A DNA stretch of 64,000 nucleotides, taken from assembly GCA_041748855.1 (NCBI GenBank), contig JBGTCK010000058.1:22758-86757 (forward strand). The letters are read 5' to 3'. A program made the position numbers and the translations under genes. Below, one piece after another: positions 9,024 to 17,788 of this stretch; positions within the stretch are counted from its first letter, which is position 1, and the number at the start of each line of letters is the position of its first letter. This stretch comes from Acidimicrobiia bacterium. GTDB lineage: Bacteria > Actinomycetota > Acidimicrobiia > Spongiisociales > ZC4RG35. Below the pieces are notes generated by a model that did not search any database, was not told the origin of the DNA, and saw only the letters and a program-made list of their open reading frames with translations.

Positions 9024-10385
9024 GTGACGAGAGTTCCTGAGCCGCATGACCAGACCCCTGGCAGTGGCCTCACTGAGAGGCGGGACCATAGGCCCAGGCC
9101 TGTCTGGCGCCGCGTGCTGTTCTTCTTGGGGATTGCGGGGGTCTCCCTAGTCATTCTCTGTGGGCTCTTCTATGTCTTCCTCTACCTGATGGCGCGCGAG
9201 CCTGCCAGGTACGAGGGCGTCGAGTCGAGATCAGTGGTGGCTGAGATCGAACCTGGCCAGACCGTCGTAGTCAGGATTGACGTTTCGGTTGACATGAACG
9301 AGATCTTCGAGTCCTTCGACCGCCTGAAGATCGAACTGTCGCTCACCGATCCATCTCCCCGAGCAGCAATCTTCGGCTGGTTCGGGGTCGAGCATGTGGG
9401 AGAGACCAGACCAGCACTTGTCGGCGAGACGGTCGGTGTAGCGGCCCTTGACGTGCCATATCCTTGTGTGGCGGACGAGCGACGATGCCTGATCCCTGTC
9501 GATGTGCGGCTGGGGAATGCCGGAACTACGACCGAACTCTGGGCCGTGACTGCCGCGATCAGTCGGTCAACCGATACCCAGGATCAGGCCGACGCCTTCG
9601 AAGTCCCGTCCTTGAAGGCGGAGATCGCCGCATCTGAGGTACATCGAGACGAGTGGGTGAGCCCGGGACCCATCGCATTTGATTCATCCGGAGAACTCGT
9701 CGCCTATTCAGTCACCGTGGACACTTCTGTCAGCGACCCGTCGCTGTTCGAGGTTGTAGTGACCGAACCCAGACACTGGCTGGTCACACGGAGCATCGAA
9801 GCTGTTGTTGGTCCTCGAGACCATTCCTGGTCCCTTGTCTATTTCGAGCATTCTCCAGATCCACTCGCCGGGCAGGCTCGATGTGACCAGGAAGGATGTC
9901 AGCTCAGCTTTGTTGCGATGTTTCGACCCCTTGAGGATGACTGGTGGATTCCGATCGTACGCCCCACCGCGACAGCTCCGCCGGACCTGCTCGAGCACCA
10001 CTCGACAAGCATCGAGATCGAGCAGATCAGCGTCACCGAGGTGTCCGGTCAGCTCGGTGAAAGAGATCCGTCGGGCAGTCTCACCCTTCACATCGAAGGC
10101 GCATCTAACACGATGCAGGCCGCGCTGGCGATCCTGGTATACCCCGAGGAACAGTTCGAATGGGCGGTGCCGCAACTCCGTACCGACGACGGTCAGACAC
10201 CACAGATGTATCGATGGTTCGACCTCGAGTGCGACGAGCGGAGTTGTAACCGGGATGTGGAAGTGACCTGGGATCTTGCTGATCACACAGAGCGAATTCC
10301 CCTCGAGTACTGGGGCGTCGTGATCGGCGGAACCGGCGACGGGCTCGCCAACCCAACACCGCCAAGTATCGCAATCGACGAGTAG
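9024..10385 (+). CDS. Membrane-anchored protein with a large extracytoplasmic domain, no family recognised
   Basis: 453 aa. It has a basic N-terminal tail, one TM helix (VLFFLGIAGVSLVILCGLFYVFLYLMA) and a ~380-aa domain with three CxnC pairs (CVADERRC, CDQEGC, CDERSC). GC looks lower than in the flanks. Confidence 0.55.
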   Translation: MTRVPEPHDQTPGSGLTERRDHRPRPVWRRVLFFLGIAGVSLVILCGLFYVFLYLMAREPARYEGVESRSVVAEIEPGQTVVVRIDVSVDMNEIFESFDRLKIELSLTDPSPRAAIFGWFGVEHVGETRPALVGETVGVAALDVPYPCVADERRCLIPVDVRLGNAGTTTELWAVTAAISRSTDTQDQADAFEVPSLKAEIAASEVHRDEWVSPGPIAFDSSGELVAYSVTVDTSVSDPSLFEVVVTEPRHWLVTRSIEAVVGPRDHSWSLVYFEHSPDPLAGQARCDQEGCQLSFVAMFRPLEDDWWIPIVRPTATAPPDLLEHHSTSIEIEQISVTEVSGQLGERDPSGSLTLHIEGASNTMQAALAILVYPEEQFEWAVPQLRTDDGQTPQMYRWFDLECDERSCNRDVEVTWDLADHTERIPLEYWGVVIGGTGDGLANPTPPSIAIDE

Positions 10386-10403
10386 ACCCATAGATCATGA
10401 CGC

Positions 10404-10862
10404 TCAGGCTCTCCCTGCGTAGGACGGGTTCGAGAAAGGCCATGACTCATCGATCCACTTGGCCAGTTCCTCCCGAACCGCTGTATCCAATTCAGCACGG
10501 CTCTCACGAACCCATGAGCTGATTTCTGCGTCGTGGCCCGGAGTTCGACTCGGATAGATGTAGATACAGCCGATGACCTCGTTGCCCTCGAGGATCGAGT
10601 ACGTGAAGCCCCTGCGCTCGTCGAAGTCCTTGGCGTGGCGCACCAGGTCCTCCAGGTTCCTTTCCAACGTCATGGCCCTCGGCCAGCTCGGCTCTTCCCC
10701 TGGACTGAATCCAGGTGTCGACCGGATGTGGTCGATGCTCGACATCCATGCAGCGTGGTCGCGCTCGTTGTGTTGCTCGCCTAACGGTTCCAGGTGAAAC
10801 CCAGCCCAGGCATGCGCCTGCGGAACTTCGAAGCTCGGAGGTACGAACGAGTTCTCCATCAT
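10404..10862 (-). CDS. GNAT-like N-acetyltransferase family protein
   Basis: 152 aa. The pattern ...LEPLGEQHNERDHAAWMSSIDHI...WP...MTLERNLEDLVRH...FTYSILEGNEVIGCIYIYP resembles the Acetyltransf_3-like family. This call is by eye only. Confidence 0.55.
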   Translation of the reverse strand: MMENSFVPPSFEVPQAHAWAGFHLEPLGEQHNERDHAAWMSSIDHIRSTPGFSPGEEPSWPRAMTLERNLEDLVRHAKDFDERRGFTYSILEGNEVIGCIYIYPSRTPGHDAEISSWVRESRAELDTAVREELAKWIDESWPFSNPSYAGRA

Positions 10863-10934
10863 CAGAATCTAGCCTCGGCTCAAGGCGCAACGGAGTGGCA
10901 CAAATCCGGAGGTAGTCCGCCCACTGAGCAGAGA

Positions 10935-10965
10935 GAAGGCGGCGAGGCCAATGCTCGCCGCCTTC
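10935..10965 (-). terminator. Hairpin with a 12-bp perfect stem (GAAGGCGGCGAG/CTCGCCGCCTTC) after the beta-propeller gene
   Basis: Read directly from the sequence. It lies 19 nt downstream of the 10984 stop. On the minus strand it is followed by TCTCTGCTC, a weak U-tract. Confidence 0.5.
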
Positions 10966-10983
10966 CACTGCTCTGATATGTGC

Positions 10984-12078
10984 TCAGTAATCGATTGATC
11001 TCACCGTTGGGGAAGTGATATTCCCTTCGAGCAACCAGAGGTTTCCCCACTTGTCGAACGTGATCGCACTCGGAAGATTGAACTCTCCCGGAACTTCATC
11101 ACAATCACCCGTCGCGATGTCACAGGCATGAATAGCGCCACCGATCGACAATGCCGGCACGAAAGCCGCCAACCAGCTGCCCCTGTCATACTCGACCACG
11201 TACAGCTTCCCATCGGGGCCGAACTCGACATCGATCACGGATGTGAGCCCGTCGAGGAAGAGACTGCAGTCCACTGAAGGGCACACCACGTTTCGTGCTC
11301 CGGGTTCGATCCGCCATACCCGAGAAAGGCCAATAGGAAGGCTGCCCTCTGCGGTGGCTCCCGTCAGTTCCCCGACGTAGTAGGCACGATCAGGTCCGAT
11401 GGCAACCGATGTCGGGACAGGCTGGACGTAACAAGGAATGGAACCAGTTTCGGTCTCTGCTTCCCACCTGACCAGCCAGTCTCCATTCTGATCAACTGGC
11501 GGTGTGAAGATGGCCACCCAATCGACAGATCCGTTGACCCTCCCCGATAGCAGCGTGTTTCCGGCGGCATCAGCGATCAGCGCAGTGCTGGGTGACAACG
11601 CGGCCACGTGATATGGGTTGTTCTGCGGACCAGCGCTGAAGCCATCGATCGCCTCGCACCGCTGGTCCTTCCACATGGGCCCCTCGAAGGCATCAGGATC
11701 GCTGTTCCGCTCGAACGCCCCCAGATCGGCAACCATTCGAGCCGAGCCTGGAGAGACACGCCACAAAGCGCCGTCCATTGCCAGATCGGTGCTGGCGGTG
11801 GCGACAAATGCGCTGCCTCGCCCAAACGCGGCCAAACCGTTGATGGGTGTGGTGGAGCCGACCTCGACGAGGTCGTTGACCGCACCACGACGGATCTCTT
11901 TGATCGTGAAGTTCTCGCCCACGAGGATGCTCCCATCCGGGGCTGCGGCAATGTCGAATACTGCCGGTCCGAACTCGTACGGCCCTTCGCCGTTGTCGCC
12001 GGGCAATCCAGCTCCGGCGGACAGCATCGTCGACAACACCATCGCCAGGGCCGTCAGTAGGGTCAATAATCGTCTCAT
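10984..12078 (-). CDS. Secreted beta-propeller protein (ScyD/ScyE-family-like)
   Basis: 364 aa with a signal peptide (MRRLLTLLTALAMVLSTMLSAGAG). Repeated ...PDGS..V/..G.L.. blade-like segments end in ITFDKWGNLWLLEG. The family assignment is from memory of ScyD/ScyE-annotated actinobacterial proteins. Confidence 0.6.
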   Translation of the reverse strand: MRRLLTLLTALAMVLSTMLSAGAGLPGDNGEGPYEFGPAVFDIAAAPDGSILVGENFTIKEIRRGAVNDLVEVGSTTPINGLAAFGRGSAFVATASTDLAMDGALWRVSPGSARMVADLGAFERNSDPDAFEGPMWKDQRCEAIDGFSAGPQNNPYHVAALSPSTALIADAAGNTLLSGRVNGSVDWVAIFTPPVDQNGDWLVRWEAETETGSIPCYVQPVPTSVAIGPDRAYYVGELTGATAEGSLPIGLSRVWRIEPGARNVVCPSVDCSLFLDGLTSVIDVEFGPDGKLYVVEYDRGSWLAAFVPALSIGGAIHACDIATGDCDEVPGEFNLPSAITFDKWGNLWLLEGNITSPTVRSIDY

Positions 12079-12129
12079 TTCTCTCCCTTCCTTCCTTCTC
12101 GTGTCTGTCTTCGAATGACGCCAGACCGA

Positions 12130-12161
12130 AACGTAAGGAAGACCCCTAAACGATCTCTGAA
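12130..12161 (-). promoter_or_regulatory. Candidate SARP-dependent promoter: TTCAGAG-N4-TTTAGGG-N8-TACGTT
   Basis: The minus strand reads TTCAGAGatcgTTTAGGGgtcttcctTACGTT. That is two heptamers at 11-bp period with the proximal one 8 bp from a TANNNT hexamer, ~50 nt upstream of the 12078 start. The same layout occurs at 17050..17081. Confidence 0.55.
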
Positions 12162-12182
12162 CTGATCACGATCTGATCGCCG

Positions 12183-15100
12183 TCAGACGTTGAGAGAGCC
12201 GATGAGACGGAGTAACCCTCTGGCCTGTATTCGTTGCGAATCGGCCCGGGCAGATTCCATCTCGGCCAGGGCAGTATCACGGTCGCCCCGGTGCGACAAG
12301 GCTTCGGCAAGGCGAACCCGGCCGTACAGCTGGAAGTAGATGTAGTCGGCACGGTCCGTCGCCTCTCGCCACAGCCCGGGGTCGGGGTCGGTGACTCTAG
12401 AAAGCTCGGCGCGGGCGAACGCGAGGTGTGTCCCCTGTGTCTCGATGCCCAGGGACCCATCCGAAGGAGGGGGGAAGTTCAAGAGAAGGGCTTCCATCTC
12501 GGAAAATGTGGTCACGGCGTGGCCGATGTGTGCCTCTCTTTTAGATCCATCCGAGAGCAGCGCGGCGTTGACCTCTGCCCTGACGAGGGGATTGAGAACC
12601 CCAAGCTTCTTCGCTTCCTCCGACGGGTCCACCCGAACCGCCTGGTATGTCCGGGCATGGGCACGAACGGCCTCCACATCGCCCGCGTCGGCAGCTATGT
12701 CGGCAAGCAACGGGTAGTAGTCGTGGTACCAGCGGGGGTTGACCCCTATCTCATCTATCTCACTCATGGCCCGGGAGGCCTCTTCGAGGTCTCCTCTCAT
12801 CCAGCAGAGAGTCCCGTGGGTCATGAGATACCAAATACGGTCATAGCCCTCCATTCGGCCTTCCCGCAAGAGCCGGTTTGCTTCTTCAGCTTTGGCCCAC
12901 TCCCCGCTCTGCATGTACACATACGGAAACCAAGCCACAATTTGGCCCCATTGCTCCGGCCTCTGTTCGAGTGGAAATCGATCCATCAGCTCTTCGAGCA
13001 GACGCCGCGGCATCTCTCGGCGCATCTTCGGGTGCAGGGGGAGGATGTCGAACGTGAAATGGTAGGCCGCAATGGTGAGCTCAGGATCATCGAGCTTCAG
13101 GGCCTCATCCCGCGCATTCGACAGGACGGTGAGAGCCTCCTCGATCTCACCGTTCCAACCCAAAACGTGTCCGAGACAGATGTCGGCACGTATTCTTGCC
13201 GCAGCCTCGCCGGTGGCCTGTGCTACCGACACTGCCGATCGCGCCAGAGGGACAGCCTCTCGTGGATCTTGATCTACGAGCAGTAGGTGAAGATTGGCAA
13301 ATCTGGAGAGAACGGCCGCCTTTTGGGCAGATGGACCCGAAGTCGACGCTACCTCGTTCGCCGCCGAGGCCTCGGCAAACGCAGTGTCGCTCATGTTGAG
13401 ATGGAAGAAGACTTGGGCTAAGCGGGCCCGCAGTTCGGCTTCTCGCACGGAACTATCGCCGACGGCTTGAAGGGCGAGCTGGAGGACAGTCCTGGCTCCA
13501 GTGATGTTGCCTGTCATCAACCAATGCCATGCCAGAGCACTGGCGACCATCGATGTAGAAGCGCTGTCCGCTTCCTCCTGTGCCGTCTCTAGAGCAAGTA
13601 GCAGGTTGTCGCTTTCGAGCCGTAGCCGGGTCCGAAGCTCGTATCGGCCAGTGCCGTAGACCTTGTTCTCGGCCTCGGTGGCGAACTGCACGCACCACTC
13701 GAGGTGGCGACGCAGAGCATCGGCGATCTGCCCACGATCTATGAGGCGCTGGAGAGCGAATTCACGTACGGGCTCGAGGAGCCTGAACCGGGCGGGCTCC
13801 GAGCGATGTCGCGCTATCAGGGACTTGGCGACGAGGCTCTCGAGCACATCGAGGACAGAGTCCAGCGATCGGGATTCGTGCGCGGCTATGTGTTGCACCA
13901 TCGTGATGTCAAACCCACCCCGGAACACGGAGACTCGCTCGAACAGCGTCCTTTCTTCGTCGTCGAGCAAGTCGTAACTCCACCCGATCGCTGCACTCAG
14001 AGTCTGATGTCGAGGAAGGTCTGCGGCGTGGCTGGAGGCCAGGGAGAGAATTCGTTCGGTCAGATGCTGCCCAATCAACTCCAGACCCAGTGTCTTGACC
14101 TTGGATGCAACCAGCTCGATAGCTAGCGGTATGCCGTCGAGACGACGGCAAACCGCTGCCACCGATTCCGTGGTGCCATCGAGGTCGAACCGGGGATCGA
14201 CTAGCGCTGCTCGATCCGCGAAGAGAAGCACCGCGTCATATTCCCGGACCCCCAAGGGAGTCACACCTTCAGGCGGTATGGCGAGCGGGGGCACATCGAA
14301 TAGGGCCTCACCCGGCACATGCAGCGGCTCGCGGCTGGTCGCCAGAACCGTGACGCCCTCGCCCGCGGTGACCAGTGCTCGGGCGACAGAGGCGGCCCCT
14401 TCTCGAAGGTGCTCGCAGTTGTCCAACACCAGGAGGGCCTTGTCTCTGCGCAGAGAGTCGACCAGGCCCTGTAGAGGATCTTCGGTGTGAGGTTTCAGAC
14501 CGATGGCTGCGGCCACCTCGATAGGGATGAGCTCGGGGTCACGCAGGTCGGCCAGGTTCACGAACCAACACCCATCGGGGAACTCATTCAGCTGATTCAT
14601 AGAAGCACTCAGAGCGAGCCGGGTCTTGCCGGAGCCACCGACACCGGTAAGGGTCACGAGTCGGTGTGCACCGAGCAGCTTCTCGACAATTCTCAGCTCC
14701 TCTTCGCGACCGATGAATGCGGTGAGCTCGACGGGGAGGTTGTGCCTGGTGGATGTGAGCTCTTCACTGTGGAGCAGGATCTTTTCTTCGAGGCGGCGGA
14801 GTGCCGGTCCTGGCTGCAGCCCGATGCGGGCCAACACGGCGTTGTACTCCTGGTAGGCGTGCAGTGCCTCGACGTGACGACCCAGCCGGTACCGGGCTGT
14901 CATCAGATACTCCCAGAGTCGTTCCCGCAATGGGTTATCCACCACCAGCCTCTCCAATTCGGGTACAGCCTCCGATGGCCTTCCCAATCTGAGCAGTGCC
15001 TCGGCCCACATCTCCCACAAGTCGAGATAGAGCTCTTCGAGACGGACGATCTCGGCCCGCGCGAACTCATCATCGACCAGCTCGGTATAGGGCTGCCCCC

Positions 15101-15530
15101 GCCACATCCCAAGACCGATCGAGCTGGAAGCCAGGGCCTGCTCCCAATCACCTACCTCCACTGCCTCCCGCGCCCGTTGTGCCGCTTCGACGAACTGGGG
15201 CGCATCGAGGGCCCACGTCTCCACGTCCAGCCGGTAGCCGTAGCCTTCGGTGACGATCGCGTCGGCGCCCAGTATCCGCCTCAAAGCCGAGACATGAGTC
15301 TGCAGTGCGGCCCTCGCACTATCAGGCGGGCTTTCCCCCCAGAACATATCGATCAGGCGTTCCGTCCCGATCCGTCGGTTTGGTTCGAGAGCGAGGATCG
15401 AGAGCAGCCGAAGATGTGAGACCCGGGTGGGCTGCGATAGCCCCTCACCCATCACCCGAAGGTCGCCCAAAACCTCAATCCGCAGACCCGCCTCACCGGT
15501 CATGGACCCGATTCTTACAGGTGATCCCAT
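12183..15530 (-). CDS. AfsR/SARP-family regulator (OmpR-type wHTH + BTAD + NB-ARC ATPase + TPR)
   Basis: 1115 aa. The N-terminus is LRIEVLGDLRV...SHLRLLSILALEPNRRI, followed by a BTAD-like helical region, the P-loop GVGGSGKTRLA and a long TPR-like C-terminus. Confidence 0.9.
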   Translation of the reverse strand: MGSPVRIGSMTGEAGLRIEVLGDLRVMGEGLSQPTRVSHLRLLSILALEPNRRIGTERLIDMFWGESPPDSARAALQTHVSALRRILGADAIVTEGYGYRLDVETWALDAPQFVEAAQRAREAVEVGDWEQALASSSIGLGMWRGQPYTELVDDEFARAEIVRLEELYLDLWEMWAEALLRLGRPSEAVPELERLVVDNPLRERLWEYLMTARYRLGRHVEALHAYQEYNAVLARIGLQPGPALRRLEEKILLHSEELTSTRHNLPVELTAFIGREEELRIVEKLLGAHRLVTLTGVGGSGKTRLALSASMNQLNEFPDGCWFVNLADLRDPELIPIEVAAAIGLKPHTEDPLQGLVDSLRRDKALLVLDNCEHLREGAASVARALVTAGEGVTVLATSREPLHVPGEALFDVPPLAIPPEGVTPLGVREYDAVLLFADRAALVDPRFDLDGTTESVAAVCRRLDGIPLAIELVASKVKTLGLELIGQHLTERILSLASSHAADLPRHQTLSAAIGWSYDLLDDEERTLFERVSVFRGGFDITMVQHIAAHESRSLDSVLDVLESLVAKSLIARHRSEPARFRLLEPVREFALQRLIDRGQIADALRRHLEWCVQFATEAENKVYGTGRYELRTRLRLESDNLLLALETAQEEADSASTSMVASALAWHWLMTGNITGARTVLQLALQAVGDSSVREAELRARLAQVFFHLNMSDTAFAEASAANEVASTSGPSAQKAAVLSRFANLHLLLVDQDPREAVPLARSAVSVAQATGEAAARIRADICLGHVLGWNGEIEEALTVLSNARDEALKLDDPELTIAAYHFTFDILPLHPKMRREMPRRLLEELMDRFPLEQRPEQWGQIVAWFPYVYMQSGEWAKAEEANRLLREGRMEGYDRIWYLMTHGTLCWMRGDLEEASRAMSEIDEIGVNPRWYHDYYPLLADIAADAGDVEAVRAHARTYQAVRVDPSEEAKKLGVLNPLVRAEVNAALLSDGSKREAHIGHAVTTFSEMEALLLNFPPPSDGSLGIETQGTHLAFARAELSRVTDPDPGLWREATDRADYIYFQLYGRVRLAEALSHRGDRDTALAEMESARADSQRIQARGLLRLIGSLNV

Positions 15531-15641
15531 CGCGCGACGAGTGATCTGGCGGAATCGAGGTGCACCACGTTGAAGCGCCCGACCACCCGAGTTCGGCGAG
15601 CGCGCTGAGCAGATTGATACCGCGTTCGGGGTCAGGGAGGC

Positions 15642-17024
15642 CTAAGTGAGGACGACTGCCTGATTTGCCTGGCTGAACAGGTTGTTTGGGTCGTATCTCG
15701 CTTTGATCTCTTGAAGCCGCTGTAGGTTGGGCCCGTAGGTGGCGTTCACCCGGTCGTTGTCGTCCTTGTCGACATAGTTGGAATAGACACCCGACGCCGC
15801 ATGGGGTCGCATCGTCTCATGAAGGGAGCGGGTCCATTCGATGGCAGCCAAATCATCGGTCGGGCTCTCCCAACCAGAAGAGATGCCGAGGCCGAACTTC
15901 ACACCTCGATGAGGGAATGCGGTCACCGAAGGATCCACCCGCGACACTGCCCCTCCCAGAGGCTCCAGGAACACGTTCGAATAGATACCGGGAAGTGAGT
16001 CGACGCCTGCGACCAGAGTGCCAATTGCCTCGTCAGTGAGCTCGTTGAGATACTGCGCTTTCCAGTAATAGCGGCCACCATCCGGGGCACCGGCGTCGAA
16101 GCTCGACTGCAGGTCTGCGTACGGGATCGGAGCGAGGACGGACAGCATCGACGATCCGAACTCGGCGAGTGGGGCCAGTTCGGCCTCCCCTTCTTCGAGC
16201 GAGCCCGCATGACAGGCAACCAACGCCAGACACGTAGCCCCATGCTGAGACACGGGGAATGGTTCGACCGGTGGAGTGTTTATGAACAACGCAAAGCAGC
16301 CGACCGCATCTGAGGCATCGGCCATGAAGTCCCGATAGAAGGTGAGTGCTCGCCTCGACTGATCCATCGAATAGAAGGCCTGTGCGTGCATCACATCCGG
16401 CCCGACCTCGCTAAGCCGGAACTCGAATGCCGTGACCACACCGAAGTTGCCGCCCCCACCGCGCAGTGCCCAGAAGAGATCCGGGTGTTGCTTCTCGGTC
16501 GCATACACCGTGCGACCATCGGCGAGTACCACCTCGGCTCCCACCAGCTGGTCGATCGTGAGTCCGATGCTTCGAGCCAGATAGCCGATCCCGCCGCCGA
16601 GTGTGAGCCCGCCCACGCCGGTTCGAGAGTCCACTCCCCCGGTCACCGCCAGGCCAAACGCCTGGGTCTCGTGATCGACAACTCCCCAGGTTGCACCGGC
16701 GCCGACACGGGCGGTCTTGGTCTGCTGATCGACCTGCACCGACTTCATCAACGAGAGGTCGATCATCAAGGATCCATCCCGGACCGCTTTCCCGGCTACG
16801 CCATGACCGCCGCCCTTCACCGTGATGTCCAGACCCTCTTTTCTTGCCAGGTCGAGGGCAGCTATCACGTCTGCGGTCCCCTCACAACGAGCGATGAGGA
16901 CGGGGTACTGATCAACCATCCCGTTCCACACTCGACGGGCCATGTCGTAGCCGTCGTCCTCGGATGAGAGGAGGGACCCACGGAATGACCCGCCTGCATC
17001 TCGGATTGACTGTGTGTCGAGCAT
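15642..17024 (-). CDS. FAD-linked oxidase (PCMH-type FAD-binding domain + C-terminal BBE domain)
   Basis: 460 aa. It contains ...VKGGGHGVAGKAV...GGGIGYL... and a C-terminal YSNYVDKDD...YGPNLQRLQEIKARYDPNNLF (berberine-bridge-like tail). Confidence 0.85.
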   Translation of the reverse strand: MLDTQSIRDAGGSFRGSLLSSEDDGYDMARRVWNGMVDQYPVLIARCEGTADVIAALDLARKEGLDITVKGGGHGVAGKAVRDGSLMIDLSLMKSVQVDQQTKTARVGAGATWGVVDHETQAFGLAVTGGVDSRTGVGGLTLGGGIGYLARSIGLTIDQLVGAEVVLADGRTVYATEKQHPDLFWALRGGGGNFGVVTAFEFRLSEVGPDVMHAQAFYSMDQSRRALTFYRDFMADASDAVGCFALFINTPPVEPFPVSQHGATCLALVACHAGSLEEGEAELAPLAEFGSSMLSVLAPIPYADLQSSFDAGAPDGGRYYWKAQYLNELTDEAIGTLVAGVDSLPGIYSNVFLEPLGGAVSRVDPSVTAFPHRGVKFGLGISSGWESPTDDLAAIEWTRSLHETMRPHAASGVYSNYVDKDDNDRVNATYGPNLQRLQEIKARYDPNNLFSQANQAVVLT

Positions 17025-17049
17025 TCTTTCTCCTTGGTATGAGGAGTTG

Positions 17050-17081
17050 AACCTACGTGAGGCCTCTAAACGGCCTCTGAA
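17050..17081 (-). promoter_or_regulatory. Candidate SARP-dependent promoter: TTCAGAG-N4-TTTAGAG-N8-TAGGTT
   Basis: The minus strand reads TTCAGAGgccgTTTAGAGgcctcacgTAGGTT, followed 17 nt later by AAGGAGAAAGA-ATG of the FAD oxidase gene. Confidence 0.55.
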
Positions 17082-17130
17082 CCCGGGTATCGAGGGGTTA
17101 TGACCGCGCGGGAGTAACCCGGTGCCAGAT

Positions 17131-17436
17131 TCAGTCGGCGATCAGGCGAAAGCGGTCGAATCCCTTGGGCTTCGGGCGGCTCGGCTCCGATGGGATACGG
17201 GCATGGGAGCGTCGGTGGCTGTCGCTGCGCATGTAGGAGCGGAAGCTCGCCTCGTCGTCCCACCACGACACCATCAGGAATCGTCCGTCGTCCCGCTGGT
17301 CCTGCCACACTTCCAAATGGCGGAACCCCGGCCAATCGTCGACTTCGCCCAATCGGTTCCGAAATGCTTCAACGAGAGTGTCCGATGCATTCTCCTCGCT
17401 GGAGATCTCCGAGACTGCCACAAAAGGCTCACTCAT
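17131..17436 (-). CDS. Antibiotic-biosynthesis-monooxygenase (ABM) domain protein
   Basis: The ORF 17131..17619 is trimmed to MSEPFVAVSEI... (101 aa). This is a ferredoxin-like ABM pattern (...FRHLEVWQDQRDDGRFLMVSWWDDEASFRSYMRSDSHRRSH). The ATG overlaps the upstream stop by 8 nt (ATGAGTGA). Confidence 0.7.
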   Translation of the reverse strand: MSEPFVAVSEISSEENASDTLVEAFRNRLGEVDDWPGFRHLEVWQDQRDDGRFLMVSWWDDEASFRSYMRSDSHRRSHARIPSEPSRPKPKGFDRFRLIAD

Positions 17437-17788
17437 CGTCACTACTCCCGGGAACGGAAGCGAGGAGGTCGAGGAGCACATTCCGTGCGGGTGGTTCGAG
17501 ATGAGCCTCGCCGATTGCGCCCATATAAGTCCAGGCATCGTCGAGCCACTTTCGGGGAAACCCTCGATCCCGGAACAGGTCATAGCAGTAGTCAACGTGG
17601 CTTCTGAAGGCGTCCTCACCGTCGGCTACGGCCTGAAAGTGCAGCGTGAAGTCATTCAGCGTGTGCTGCCGCCCCTTCTCGCCCAGGTCCCAGAGGTCGG
17701 GCTGATCGGCATACATGGTCTCAGTCGCGAGAAAGGCCAGATGGGGGGCGGCCTCCCTGATGACAACGTCAGGATTCCTGGTGGTCAT
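17429..17788 (-). CDS. Hypothetical 119-aa protein, no family recognised
   Basis: The composition looks all-helical. The start overlaps the histidine kinase stop (ATGA), and the stop overlaps the ABM start. Confidence 0.55.
   Translation of the reverse strand: MTTRNPDVVIREAAPHLAFLATETMYADQPDLWDLGEKGRQHTLNDFTLHFQAVADGEDAFRSHVDYCYDLFRDRGFPRKWLDDAWTYMGAIGEAHLEPPARNVLLDLLASVPGSSDDE

Noticed and set aside
12151-12178. Cluster of GATC-containing direct repeats (CTGATC at 12162 and 12173, CGATCT at 12151 and 12169) just after the SARP gene stop.
   Set aside because: The repeats are very short (6 nt), overlap each other, and have no second locus to compare. They may be chance or Dam-like sites.
17131-17436. 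Calling the ABM protein an IsdG/MhuD-type haem-degrading oxygenase.
   Set aside because: In my hand alignment the N-terminal catalytic Asn position is Ser (FVAVSEI). The Trp/His region alone is not diagnostic, so I kept it as a generic ABM domain.
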